Positions 1 through 41,907 of a stretch of 55,136 bases of DNA are shown here, in pieces. Source of the stretch: Chromera velia (taxonomy: Eukaryota); NCBI GenBank assembly GCA_018398765.1, contig JAHBMJ010000147.1, positions 1 through 55,136 of the forward strand, written 5' to 3'. The position numbers and the translations under genes were made by a program. A model generated the notes under the pieces. That model saw only the letters and a list, made by a program, of their open reading frames with translations, was not told the origin of the DNA and did no database searches. How positions within the stretch are numbered: the first letter of the stretch is position 1; each line of letters starts with the position of its first letter.

Positions 1-267
1 CCCCCCCCCCCCCCCCCCCCCCCACACACACACAGAGAGAGAGAGAGAGAAAGAGAAAGAGAGAGAGAGAGAGATGCGCAAAAAAAGAACACACACCAAA
101 GAGGAGGAGAGGCAGAAAGAATCTCTCTCAGGCGAGCCGTCCTTTGGACAGAGAGAGATCTGACTACCCCTGCCAGCAGCCCTGACTCACTCACTCACTC
201 ACTCACAACAAGCGGTCAACTTGCCGCCTGTGGGTCCGCTTAGCGACCTACCGACCTACCGACCGAC

Positions 268-29725
<29,458 letters not shown>

Positions 29726-31104
29726 CTCTTTGTGTGAGGACCTCTTTTTGCGGACCTGCTCAGACGCAGAGAGGAAGAAAGCAGGCGAGACGGGAACTCG
29801 AAGTGGTGCTTCGGCAGGGAAAGCGGCTGCACCCCTCCTCTCCCACTGGTCTGCTCACAGGGGCTCTGTACGTGGCTTCTCAAGGGATCCAGCACTCCCT
29901 GGGGACCCGCGGGAACTTCGAGATGGCGTCGGAGACGAAAGGAGACGAGAGGAGACGGCTCCCTTCAAGCAAGTCAGACGACGGGATTTCACAATTCCGC
30001 GCTTTGTGGAAAGGGGAGGAAAATACAAAAGAGAGAAAAAAGAGTATGCTAAAGCTTTAAAGGGAGATGCAGTCAGCGTACAATTTCAAGAATGGGTGAA
30101 CGGCTGTGATGTCAGAGGAGAAATATGCAGCCAGGGGCACTACACGTCCTCTCGACGTTTTGCGGCCCAGTCGGAGAAAGATTTTCCAGCAGCGATCGGT
30201 GCTGAATCATCTGCGCACCCCACACAGCTGTCACACATTTCACAAACTTTCACACTTGAACAATCCTAGCTCAGTCAATCCTTCCTCTTTTCCTGTCTTC
30301 GATCGAATTCCTTCTAACACAAACTGCTGCATAAATGCAGCCACCTGAAGAGTGCAGAATGGTGCAGACGAATTTTTGTGTCAGGTCAATTTTCCAGCTC
30401 TGACGCACGCGCGTACTGTGCGGGGCGCGGGGGAGAGAGTACCTGCCGTATGTTCTTACATTGTGCCGTGGCCCCCGGCCATGTGCATGGTATCTGTTAA
30501 GGCCCTTGGCCGCACCTATGGAAAAAAAAAAGTCGAATTACCAATAAATCGGGTTACATTTGGCTTTCGGGACCCGCGCTTTCCGGCAACTGTACAGCGC
30601 GTGCATGGCGAACATGCACCTTTTGTCTAACCTTAATGTATATATCGGTACATATGCAAAAACACACATGGAGGGGAATTGTATGTAGATTCGATCATCT
30701 GTGTAGTTTTTAAGGAAGGTGATAAAGCATACCGTCTAAGTGAAGCTGTTCTAAATTGCTCCGTTGTTTGACTATGCTACCAAGCTCAGTGGCAAGTTAA
30801 GATATACCGTCTTACAGGGTCAGAAGTAAGCCGCACCACGACTGAGTGCGCTTGACAAAGAGGAAAAACGGTTAATTTGATCTGCAGGAACCTCTTTTTG
30901 CCCGTCTTCTTTATCTCTACTTAGCCCCTCTTATCGTTCTTCAGCACCTGGTTTTTCGACTTCCTTCTACCTCCACTTGAGGATTTGGGACGCAAAATAC
31001 TGTCTATATATAGTGTGTGTCGCTGTGGATACTGTAGTATTCGCTTTAAAATATTGTGGAGAGGCTTACCGCATATGGGTCCAGCGCTTGGTAAGTTTAA
31101 GAGG

Positions 31105-31549
31105 GAGAGATGTGAACAGAAGCCGTTTGGGCCTATGGATAAAGCCAGGTAAGCAAGTGTGTGAACAGAAGCCGTTTGGGCATATGGGTGAATGTTTGGG
31201 CATGTGGGCGCATAGAGAAAGAGGGGCATGAAAAGGAAGTATGTGCAGTAATAGAATCCGCTTAGGCCTGCAGGTAGATGAATGAAGAGAAACGGAGAGA
31301 GCGAGCGTGTTTATGAGTATGTATGAGTGTGTGAACAGAAGCCGCTTAGGCCCGTGGATGAATGAAGAGAGATCAATTGTATGTCATTAAAGAAAAGCCG
31401 CTTGGGCCGCTAGTTACTAAGCTTATGGATGAATGAAGAGAGATCAAGTGTGTGAACAGAAACATACAGAAGCCGCTTGGGCCTATGGATGAGTGAAGAG
31501 AAACAGAGAGAACGAGTGTGTGAACAGAAGCCATTTGGGCGTATGGGTG
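31105..31549. repeat. Minisatellite array, left part (core GTGAACAGAAGCCG(C/T)TTGGGC..GGATGAATGAAGAGA)
   Basis: About 7 degenerate copies; interrupted by the LTR element at GGGTG. Confidence 0.9.
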
Positions 31550-31826
31550 TGTGACATGAATGCTCGTAGCCGCGCCGCCTCTAAGCGTTAACGTAGGCCG
31601 GTTGGTGGCGTTGAGAGAACGCATAAGCCTGCTTTGCGGGACCGAGCGAAAGCGCATGCACATGTAGCTACTCCAATCGATATAGTTTCAGGATGGCATG
31701 TATTCATCGCATTCAGATTGACCATCAGGAGAACCGGACTTTGAAGTAGGACTTCGAGGGAACGCTTCTAGGAACAGACCTTCTAATCTGTTATCTGAGC
31801 CTCGTGCTAGCTATGATTACGTTTTA
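31550..31826 (+). repeat. 5' LTR (277 bp, TG...TA)
   Basis: Ungapped direct repeat of 37529-37805, 20 mismatches by hand count. Confidence 0.95.
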
Positions 31827-31828
31827 TA

Positions 31829-31840
31829 TGCTAGCAGGGC
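31829..31840 (+). promoter_or_regulatory. Degenerate primer-binding site, tRNA-iMet-like (TGCTAGCAGGGC)
   Basis: Lies 2 nt after the 5' LTR; resembles TGGTAGCAGAG with two mismatches. Confidence 0.5.
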
Positions 31841-31938
31841 CTCGTGTGGCAAGGGCCAAGAAGCTTCTGAGTGGAGTCAGAAGCGCAGATTGAAGTGTTT
31901 CAACATGTTGACAGATTGAGGTTGAGAGATCGTAAGAG

Positions 31939-32890
31939 ATGGACCTAATAGGAAACCCCCAGGCCCAGGCTGCACTCCAGGAACGGTTTGAGCAACTTTT
32001 GAACCGAGTGCAGCAGCTATCGGTGATTGTGGAACACCAACAGCAGGAAATTGCTGAGTTGAAAGCTCAGTTAGGACATCAGAGTTCTCTTGCTCAGTCT
32101 TCCTTCCAAAGCCATTCTGGCGATGTTTTGCGTCCCTCTCTGCCTCCCAGCGTGAAGCCTAAGAAGCCTGAAATCTTTTCGGAGAAGGCCGAGGATGTGG
32201 ACACTTAGATTGCCTTATGGCAGAACCTGTACCACATCACAAAGACTCCTCTAAAGGAGCAGGCCCCCATCGCAGTGACCTATCTCTCGCCGACCCTCCA
32301 GGTAAAGCTGGCAGAGGAGGCCAGAGCAGAAAGAATCCCTATCACATCGTTGGAAGGACTGAAGGAGGCGTTGTACCGCAGCTTCCCAGACCCCAACGTC
32401 CAGGAAACCCTCCGATCCGAGATTAGACAGATCTGTGCGAAGAAGGGGATATGGGATTATACGGATGAGTTCAGGGGGATCGCGTGCCGGTTGACGGACG
32501 TGACTCAGACGGACTTGATATACGACTACAAGGCAGGTCTCCCCAAAGCGGTGTCTGATGAGATCGGATAGGTTCACCCCAAACCAGACACATTGCCGAA
32601 GCTAATCACAGAAGCATTGAAAGCAGAGAAGAGAGTTGCGAGGGGGAACAGAAGAAACCATTGGAACCATGTGCAGTCAAATGGAGGGCAAAAAAAGAAT
32701 GGAGAACCAGTTTCTATGGACCTGAGTGCTCTCTCTCGAGCCAAAAAACAGCAGCTGAGAAGAGAAGGCCATTATTACTTGTGCAGAGAGAGAGGGGGCA
32801 CATTCAGTCCGACTGCCCGGGCCCCCGCAGCAGCTAGCCTAGTGGCGGCAGGAGGAATGATAGGAGAAGGGGTGGAGAGAGGCAAATAAT
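31939..32890 (+). pseudogene. gag: gag (disrupted)
   Basis: Coiled coil, then KPKKPEIFS, YTDEFRGIA, YKAGLP, PVSMDL and a frameshifted zinc knuckle (YLCRERG..H..DCP); in-frame TAG stops at 32206-32208 and 32569-32571. Confidence 0.85.
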
Positions 32891-33596
32891 TCAGAACCAA
32901 CAGTATGGAGTCTCTCCACCCCGGGATAACCAAAAGAGTCAGCAGCAGCAGTATCCTCATCGCAGGCAGTGGGGGGGGTACGATCAACGACAGAACGGGC
33001 AGGGGCGACGCCAGCCTCCCTATGGTCAGAGCCGAAATTCGGGGCAGCGGCCTCCGTGGAGACGGCCAGGTGTGCGTCCCGCCCATCTCAAAGCTGAAGA
33101 GGATGAGTATGAGGATGAGTGTTGGGGAGACGAGGATGAGGAGAGAGAGAGGGATGCAGATTTGAGAGATGATGCTCGAAGACACGGCGAGAGCCCAGTG
33201 AGGGTAACAGGGGAAAGAGAGGACGATGCATGGGTCACCTATGGGAGAGGACCCAACGTTCTCCACTGCAACCGTATGTACTTGTTCCCCCAACGCTTAC
33301 CGGAGTCCAGAGATGGGGAAGCGTATAAGACCGACCACTTGAGGTCAACCGCAGCACCCCTTCAGAGAGAGGCTCTGAGGGAAAGTGACGGCCCTCAAAG
33401 GCCGCCAGGTACTTAGCTTCCCCGGTCAGTCGACCCAGTTGCCTCCGTTCCTTTCGAGAATGAATACGCTGCACCAACCTCTTTTCCCTCTGTTCCTCTG
33501 CAGCAGACAAGAACCGTGAACAGCACGGCAGCACAGAAAGGACCGGCAGACAGGCGTGAACAGCGTCCATCCCGACGCCCAGGTGATGGCAGACGT

Positions 33597-36396
33597 CGAT
33601 CCGTTTTGATACGCCTTCGCGGGATGGTGAACGGCACCCCTGTCATGATCCTGTTTGACCCGGGAGCAGATGAGAATTACATGTCTGCTTCCTTTACTCA
33701 TTCGTATGGCCTTCCTGTCCGCAGGTTTGGGAGGCTGACTGATTGCGAGGGAGCACTTGCAGGGGACCCGTCTCACCAGGTGTCCGAGTAAGTTCCCGCG
33801 GATGGGTGTCGACTAAAGATTGACGAATACAAGGATCAGGTCAGCTTCACTCTTACCGATCTCAAGAAATATGATTTGTTTCTTGGGATGCGGTGGTATG
33901 AAGACCGTGATCCCGTTTTTCGTCCAAAAATGAAGAAATTGTGGTTCGACTTCGAGGGGATACCACTCCTGAGAAGAAGAGTTCTCGGATAAATGGACCC
34001 ATGACTGTCAGAGAGGCCACGAGAGAAGTGAGAAAAGGAGCACCTTTCTTTCTCTGCAGATGGGAAAGAATTGAGAGAGAGGAGGAAGAAACGGAGGTTA
34101 AGAGAGAAAGGAGAGAGGAGGTGGGAGAGGTTGAAATCGACCCGAGAACTAAGGAGGGGATACAGGAAAGGAAGCCCCCCTTTTGTAAATACAAGAAAGT
34201 GATGGCATCTCCCTCTTTACACCCTGCAGCAAGGGAGATCTTGAAGGAGAACAAGGAGTTATTTCCGGATGAGATTCCGAAACTTCTACCCGGGAGGGGA
34301 GATCTGGACTTCAAGATCGAACTGGAGCCAGGGGCTCAGCCTTCTGCGAAGCCTCCGTATCGCCTCTCCTATGCAGAGTTAGAAGAGATGAAGAAGCAGT
34401 TGAAGGACTATATGGACAGGGGGTTCATTCGTCCTTCGACGTCCCCCTTTGGTGCGCCGGCATTCTTTGTGAAGAAGAAGGACGGCACCTTCCGCATGGT
34501 GATCGACTACAGGCCTCTCAACAAGGTGACGGTGAAGGACACATTCCCACTCCCGCGTGCAGAGGAGCTGATGGAGACCCTCTTTGGAAAAAGATGGTTC
34601 ACAAAGCTGGATTTGCGTCAGTTTTTCCACCAGCTCCGCATTGCAATGGGAGACAGCTACAAGACGGCTTTTGTCACCAGGTGGGGAACGTTTGAGTGGC
34701 TGGTGATGCCATTCGGGGTCTCGAATGCACCGCCCGCAAGCATGCGACTGATTACGCTTACGATGCGACCTACACTGGGCTGGTGTATCATCGTCTTCAT
34801 CAACGACATCCTTGTATACAGCCGGACACTAGTACAGCATGTGAAGGACGTCAAGTGGGTACTGGATCTCTTGAGAGCGAACAATCTCTACGTCAAGATC
34901 AAGAAGTGCAAGTTCTTCACCAACAGCACCCACTTCCTGGGGTTTGTCATCGATGCGAAGGGCATCATACCCAAACGCCTGAAACTCGAGCTGATCCGAG
35001 ACTGACCGGATCCAAAGGACCTACACAAGTTGCAAATCTTTCTTGGGGCAGCCAATTGGGTTCGGAAGTTTGTGAGAGGTTTTACATTGATTGCGCAGCC
35101 CCTGACGAAGGCGTTGAAGAAGGGAATGAAGTTCACGTGGACGGAAGAGATGAAGACAACCTTCTGCTCACTGAAGGAGGCGATTATCAACATCACCTCC
35201 CTGTACATCCCCGATCCTAAACGCCCATTTGAGATCTTCGGGGACGTGTCTGAGCAGAGAAATGCACTCGGAGGTGCATTGATGCAGCAGGACCCGTGTG
35301 TTGGTTGGCTCCGTCCGGTGGTCTTCGCATCGAGAACGCTGACGAAGGAGGAGAGGAACTATCCCATCAGAGAGAAGGAGTTGCTTGCTGCCATCTTTCT
35401 CCTCAAACACTGGCGCCCGTACGTCAGTGAGACGATCACAGTGTGGATGGACCATGAGAGCCTCAAGACACTCGACTTGACAGCATCTTACGCAGAGGCT
35501 CGAGGACGTGTGAGGAGATGGATGTCTTTCTTGCAGGAGCTGGGGGTGAAACTGAAGTACCTCCCAGGTGTAAAGAACATACGAGGACTGCACAAACTGG
35601 TAGGGACCCGCCTAATGATGTCATCATCCGGACATCCTCAGACGGATGGGCAGAGCGAGATTTATAACCGAACGCTGGAGACAATGTTGCGATGTTTTTG
35701 TGGAGATTATCAATCCGAATGGCCCAAGCTTCTGCCATTACTTGAGTTTGCGTGCATCTCAAGTACGCACTCGGGTTTGAAGGCAACACCGCATACAGTT
35801 CTTTATGGCTTTGAGGCAAGGACTTTCCCGTCTCTACTGGTTGCAGGACGCACAGCGACGGCAGCGAAAGACTTTCATCTGCGCCGTCAGGCCTTCTTTG
35901 AAAAGGTGAAGGAGCGACTTGAGAGAGCGAACAAAGAGGCAAAGAGGAAGGCCGACCAGAAGAGAAGGGAAGCGACTTTCGTTCCAGGAGACTGGGCGCT
36001 AGTGCACCAAAAATTTTTTGAGAGTGAGCGTCTTCCTTTTGAAGCTGAGTCACATTTGGTATGGGCCTTTCGAGATTGACAAAAAGGTAGGGGAGGTGAG
36101 TTATGAGCTCATGTTCTCCGCTGGAGTCAGGAAGTATCTAGTTGTCCACGTCTCTTACATGAAGGCGTACCCTGTCTCCCCCAAAGACCCTCCACCCCGT
36201 ATTCTTTTGCCAAGATTCGAGGAGGTGGAGTGGGAGGTCGATAGGGTCGTTGACATGTGAGGGAAAGGGAGGATGCTGGAGTATCGTGTGGTTTGGAAGG
36301 GATACTCGGAGACTGAAGCAACTTGGGAGCCGTCTGAGAACCTTAAGAACGCAAAGGACGCGATCAAGTCCTTCAGGGAGCTCCATACACTTCGAT
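33597..36396 (+). pseudogene. pol: pol (protease-RT-RNase H-partial integrase-chromodomain), disrupted
   Basis: PR ILFDPGADENY; RT IRPSTSPFGAP..FVKKKDG..RMVIDYRPLN, MPFG, FIND (mutated YxDD); RNase H FASRTL..ERNY...EKELLA; IN HPQTDGQSE..NRTL and WYGPF; chromodomain EWEVDRV...YRVVWKGY..ATWEP. Several stops and frameshifts. Confidence 0.95.
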
Positions 36397-37528
36397 GACA
36401 AAGAAGGAGATGGAGAAAGAAATAAGGGTGTCATGGGAACATTCATGTTTATCTTTTTCTCTTTGTGTTGCTCTTGTCATCTGCTTTGCTCTCGTCAATC
36501 CATCCTTCCTCACCCTTTTCCTTGACTTTCTTGCGCCTTGTTGCTTAGAAAAAGAAAGAAAGAATGAATGAATGAATGAAAGAATGATTGAATTAATGAA
36601 TGAATGAATGAATGAAAGAAAGAGAATGAAAGGTAAAAGAAGAAGAAGAAATGAAAGGCTTAGCGAACGAAAGGTGGAACAAGAAGGAATGAAAACAAGG
36701 GAAAGGTGGAAAGAGAAAGAAGGAAAAGGAAATACAGACAATAGCTTGAGAAGTTGCTAACGCACTTCTCCCGTGAAGAGGGAGAGGCATACACTGATTG
36801 ACGCACTGACACACTGATTAACGTACTGACACACTGACGCTGAATGGAACGACTCAAGGACACTTCCTCTCATGTTTTTCTATCTCTCTTTATTTTTCTT
36901 TTAATGCACCTCGATGCAGATTCTTTTCTCTGTGTCTTAATTTTTATTTTCTCATGCACATTTAATCTCTCTGTGTATTCTTGCGTACCTCCTCTCTGAA
37001 GCGAGTTGACATGTGCATTCGCAGGATCTCTTTATCTTTTCCGACTGCGAAAGTGTTTCTGGTGTTTTCTCCCTGATGCATGCCGAACCAGAACCACTTT
37101 GCGGGAAGAGAGCTCCACTGCGTAGACACCGCCTCTTGAGTGCCTGTGGTGTCGTCATTCATTGTTTGCAGAGTGAGTGGATGGATGATGAGTGAAAGTG
37201 TATGACTGGCGGTGGGACGATCTCTATATGAGCTCATATACAGGGACAGATTCATGAAGCTTCTTGTGGTGACTGATCGCTTACACGCGCCGTCATCCCG
37301 TTCTCGTTTGCTTGAGGCAGCGATGTTTAAGATGAATGGTTAGCACTCTACACACATGCTTGTGGAAGTATCCGACAACCCGTGTTGGTCGTTGCATACC
37401 GACTTCTTGTGTGATTCGAATCTGATACGAGGGAGAAAGGAAAGAGCATCAAGGAGAAATGAAGCGATTAAAATTGAGTACGAGATCTGAGATCGTGTGT
37501 GGATACACGCTTTGGGAGGATGGGTATG

Positions 37529-37805
37529 TGTGATATGAATGCTTGTAGCCGCGCCGCCTCTAAGCGTTGGCGTAGGCTGGTCGGTAGCGTTAAAAGAGCG
37601 TATAAGCCTGCCTTACGGGACCGAGCGGAAGCGCGCGCGCATGTAGCCACTCCAATCGATATAGTTTCAGGATGGCATGTATTCATCGCATTCAGATTGA
37701 CCATCAGGAGAACCGGACTTTGAAGTAGGACTTCGAAGGAACGCTTCTAGGAACAGACCTTCTAATTTGTTATCTGAGCCTCGTGCTAGCTATGATTACG
37801 TTTTA
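37529..37805 (+). repeat. 3' LTR (277 bp, TG...TA)
   Basis: Direct repeat of 31550-31826; preceded by purine-rich GGGAGGATGGG (PPT-like). Confidence 0.95.
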
Positions 37806-38770
37806 GGGTGAATGAAGGAAGATAAGGAGATACAAGGAGAACGAGTGTATGAACAGAAGCCGCTTGGGCATGTGGGTGAATGAAGGGAGACAAGGAGATA
37901 CAAGGAGAGTAAGTCTGTGAACAAAAGCCGCTTGGGCGTGTGGGTGAATGAAGGGAGACAAGGAGATACAAGGAGAGCAAGTATGTGAACAGAAGCCGAT
38001 TGGGCGTGCAGGCGAAGAAAGAGAGACAAAGAGAACAAGTGGGTGAACAGAAGCTAGGAACAGGAGCCGTTTAGGCCCGTGGATGAATGAAGAGGGATCA
38101 ATTGTGTGTTATTGAATAAAAGCCGTTCGGGCCTATGGCTAAACCTGTGCATGAATGAAGAGATATCAAGTACATGAACAGAAGCCGCTTGGGCCTGCTG
38201 ATGAATTAAGAGAGACAGGGAGAGTAAGTGTGTGAACAGAAGCCGTTTGGACGTGTGGATGAATGAAGAAAGACAAGGAGATACAAGGAGAGCGAGTATG
38301 TAAACAGAAGCCGCTTGGGCCTTATGCAGTAAATCAACGAAGAATAATGAAGAGAGGCATGGAGAGCGAATGTGTAAACAGAAGCCGTTTGGGGCGTCAC
38401 GATGGCGTAGGTACATGAACACAGACAGGGAAAGCAAGTGTATGAACCGGTCTGAACAGGCTAGGTGAATAGGAGCCGGTTGGGCATGTGGGTGAATGAA
38501 GAGGGACAAAGACTCGTACAAGCATGTCAGCAGAAGATATTTGCATGGGCGTGTGGGTACCTGAATAAATAGAGACAGCCTGTCACTAAGAGAGAATGAG
38601 ACTCAGTATATAAACAGAACTTCAAGCTGCTAGAGCCTGTAGGTAAATAGAAATAAACAAAGAAAAACAGAGAGAGCAAGTGTGTGAACAAAAGCCGTTC
38701 GGGTGTGTGGATATGAGAGTGTTAATGGAAGCCGTTAGCTTTGGGCATGTGGGTGAGTGATCAAAGAGAG
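37806..38770. repeat. Minisatellite array, right part (same unit of about 55-70 bp)
   Basis: More than 10 degenerate copies; resumes in register after the 3' LTR. Confidence 0.9.
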
Positions 38771-39747
38771 ACAGGAAAAATGAGGGAGTAAGTGAGTGAG
38801 CATTGCCAAGTGAGACAGCGAGTAAGTCAGTGACTAAGTGTATTGCTGAGTGAGTAAGTGAGCATAATCAACTACAGCAACTAATATGGCAAGCGTAGTA
38901 AGCGTGTAGTTTGGAACTTGTATAACGTTGTGTTCAAACATTTTATAGACTAGCTCACAGTCTCAGTCACAGCTAGATGATTTAAAAGAGCAAGTTGATA
39001 ATAGAAGGCGTATATAATGTTTGGCTACTACATATGTTACTATGCTACTATTAGAATGACCAAAATATAAATGAAAGTAAATGAAAGAAACATTACAGCA
39101 TGTGTGTCTGTATGCAAAAGACTTATATATTAATTCCGTAAATAAAAAATAAAAATGTAAGTAGATTTAAGCGGGGAGCACTGTAATTTTTTTTTTAATA
39201 AGCAAAAATAAGTTGTTAAAGATTTATTAGTAATATATTGCTGCGGTTATAATTTTATTTTCTTTTTCACGTTTATTCACGTTAACACCATATGTTAGCG
39301 AAGTCCTTGTACATCATTAATTTTCTCATTAGCAAACGTATCTAATAGCAGAGCTCTTCGATCTTATTTCTTCTTCTCAACCGTCTTGAAGCCTGTCTAG
39401 CCGTCTCCGGCCCTCTACGGCATTTACAGATACCGCGGCTACGCCTTTACGCAGCCAACAACCGTGATTGAGGGTTTTGTCATGCACCATATATTAATAT
39501 GGGAACGGGAACCTGTTGCATGCATGTACCATGATCATGGACGCACCTCTCAGTGCTCTCACCCTTAGCTATCTCACCCCTGGGGGCCACGGCATGTCCC
39601 GTAGGGACATACAATTCTTACATGTTGTCCTTATAAATAGCGGAAGGATATGAGGGGTATTACCTGTTTCTCATCTGCCCAAAGCACGCATATACATATT
39701 AATACATGTACATTGTATGGAGTGCCAAAATAGAGGGAGTGCCTCCA

Positions 39748-40417
39748 GCCCACCCGTCTCTCACCCCCCGTGACCCCGATTGAGGGCATGAGTGCAGCAG
39801 ACAGCTGGGCGTCTCTCGTCAACAGAGACGCCCTCTCCCACGGGGGGCAAAGAGACAGAGAGAGAGAGGCCATGTCACCCTTGTCAGGAAACGGAGGGGG
39901 ATCACCCCTGACGGCAACCGCAACAAGCAGAGTCGACGTGCCACCCCTGAAGAATCCGGCCAGAGAGGGGGCGCCCCCCCCTGCCCCCGCTGCAGGAGGA
40001 GGGGCCGGGGAGATTCCTCCTCCCCTGCGCGGGCAGCCTCAGTGACAGCGGCTACCGACTTTGAGGCATCAGGTTCTTCTTCTGGTCTCGCCACTTTGAT
40101 GCACGACCTCAGAAAACAGCACCTCACCCCCACGCATCAGCACGCACCTGTGCAGCAACAGAAGAAGCAGACGGAGGGTATCACTTTGCAGAGAGCGGAG
40201 TCGGAGGGTGTGCTCAGTGACGGGGGTGTAGGTGTGCGGACAGTGGAGGGAGTGGGGACCTCTCTGAGTTCCTCTCAGCAACAGGGGCAGGGGGGGAGGA
40301 CTGGGACGGGGATGATGATGCCATGCAGACGACCGAAGAGGACCACGAGTCCGTTGGCGTTCTGGCACAGAGTCTCGACGGATGGGGGGGTGGTGCCGCA
40401 TACGTCTGGATGTTGGG
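39748..40417 (+). pseudogene. Frameshifted exon-like gene fragment, product unknown
   Basis: Two abutting low-complexity ORFs (39770-40045, 40042-40425) ending at a (GTGA)n donor. Confidence 0.35.
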
Positions 40418-40811
40418 GTGAGTGAGTGAGTGAATTTATTTTCATACAGAATTCTTTTTCTGTATGTGTGGGACGACGTTCAGAGTGCATGGGTGTGTGA
40501 GTGAGTCCGGCTGTTGTGCAAATGTGGGATTCAGGCATGGGCGGAGGAATGACGAAAAGGGAAGGGAAGGTTGATGAGGGAGGGTCAAGAGGTTTGTGTT
40601 TGTAACTAGGCGGGGGCACGGGGGGTTGGTTACCTCCTGGAGGACTCAGAGCGGGTCTACTTGTGTGGCGCTTTTTTTGTGTGTTTTTTTGTTTCGTCGT
40701 GCATGTTTTCTTTCCTTCGTTTCGGTCCTGAGTGGACTTTTTTGTCTTCTTTTCTTTTGTCTTTGCGACTTTTTGTCTCGTTGTGTGCTGAGTTGCGGCC
40801 ACTTGTCTTGA

Positions 40812-40948
40812 CTGGTTGATCGCCTGCCTGCCTTCTCAATTGATTGGTTGATCGCCTGCCTGCCTTCTCAATTGATTGGTTGATCGCGTGCCCTGCCTTC
40901 TCAATTGATTGGTTGATTGCCTGCCTGCCTTCTCAATTGATTGGTTGA
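40812..40948. repeat. Four tandem 32-bp units (GATTGGTTGATCGCCTGCCTGCCTTCTCAATT)
   Basis: Seen directly. Confidence 0.92.
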
Positions 40949-41907
40949 CTCGGACACACGAAAGGGGCCGAAGAGAGCCTGTTCGTTCACTGTCTGGCAT
41001 TCCTGCAGGTCGCATCGGGGACCTGGGGACTACGAGGGACTCGGGATGTGAAGGTCAGCAGACTGCCTGCAGCGTCCGGTTTCTTTTTCCGGTTTTTCTT
41101 TGGTGGAAAACTGTCACCCGCGGTCGGAGGTGTCACCCTTTGCCTATCTGTTCAGCCTCTTTATCGGGATCGTGCCCTTGTATCTGCACGGTCTCGGCGT
41201 CGGTAGTGCTGCCGCTTTCCTCTGCTCATGTCTCTCTCTTCTGTCGCTTTCTGTAGGTTCAGGCGCTCTTCTCTCTCAAGTCGTTGGATTCTATCCAGTT
41301 TTTCTGCTGCCCGTCCCTTTCCTTCTGCCCCCACTGACGTTGTCGCCTTCCCACGCTGTTTTTGTATGTTTCTGCACTTGCCCTTCCCGCAGGCTCTTTG
41401 CATCTGGAAGAGGCCTTTGCGCGACCGAGCACCATGCGCAAGGACGACATCTACACTAACCTTTTCACACAAGAGGTGGGTCAGCTGTTTATTTTTTCCG
41501 TTGCGTGTTGGAACCCCTGGCCTTTTCATTCTCCGTTTTTGCATCTTCTCCCACTCCCGTACACTGCCTGCAGGCTCAGTCCCCTTCTGACGCTTTTTTG
41601 GACGTCTACGCGAGCCCCGAAGGTGGGTCTCTCGAGCCATGCAGTACATCAAGTCTGGTGCTTCCTTTCCTTCTTTCGCTCGCCAGTTTTCTGATTCAAT
41701 AGTTCGCGTCGATCCCCGTTTTCTTTCGCCCGGTTCCGCCTCGATCATTCTGTTCGTCCGGATTGGGCGCCTCTTGCGTGTTCTTTCAATCTGCGTGATT
41801 TTCTGTCATCTCCCTTGGTCCGCTGATCAATCAAAATACCATACGCAAGACTTGCGTTCTCTGTGTGCAGGGGCGAGGGTCACGATGGGAGGGAGCAAAG
41901 CGGAAGG

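Larger units (their letters stand above)
31550..37805 (+). mobile_element. Ty3/Gypsy LTR retrotransposon (chromovirus), both LTRs present but decayed
   Basis: Two 277-bp LTRs, GGGTG TSD (31545-31549 and 37806-37810), order gag-PR-RT-RNaseH-IN-chromodomain. Confidence 0.97.
30461..39614. mobile_element. Non-autonomous DNA transposon-like element (about 2.9 kb without the nested LTR element) with 8-bp TSD, asymmetric TIR and terminal hairpin
   Basis: TTCTTACA at 30453-30460 and 39615-39622. Left end TTGT-GCCGTGGCCCCC; right end GGGGGCCACGGC-[ATGTCCC-GTA-GGGACAT]-ACAA. Confidence 0.65.

Noticed and set aside
31105..38770. CRISPR-like look of the GTGAACAGAAGCCG array
   Set aside because: Intervening sequences are homologous to each other, repeats are degenerate, there are no cas genes and the context is eukaryotic; it is a minisatellite.
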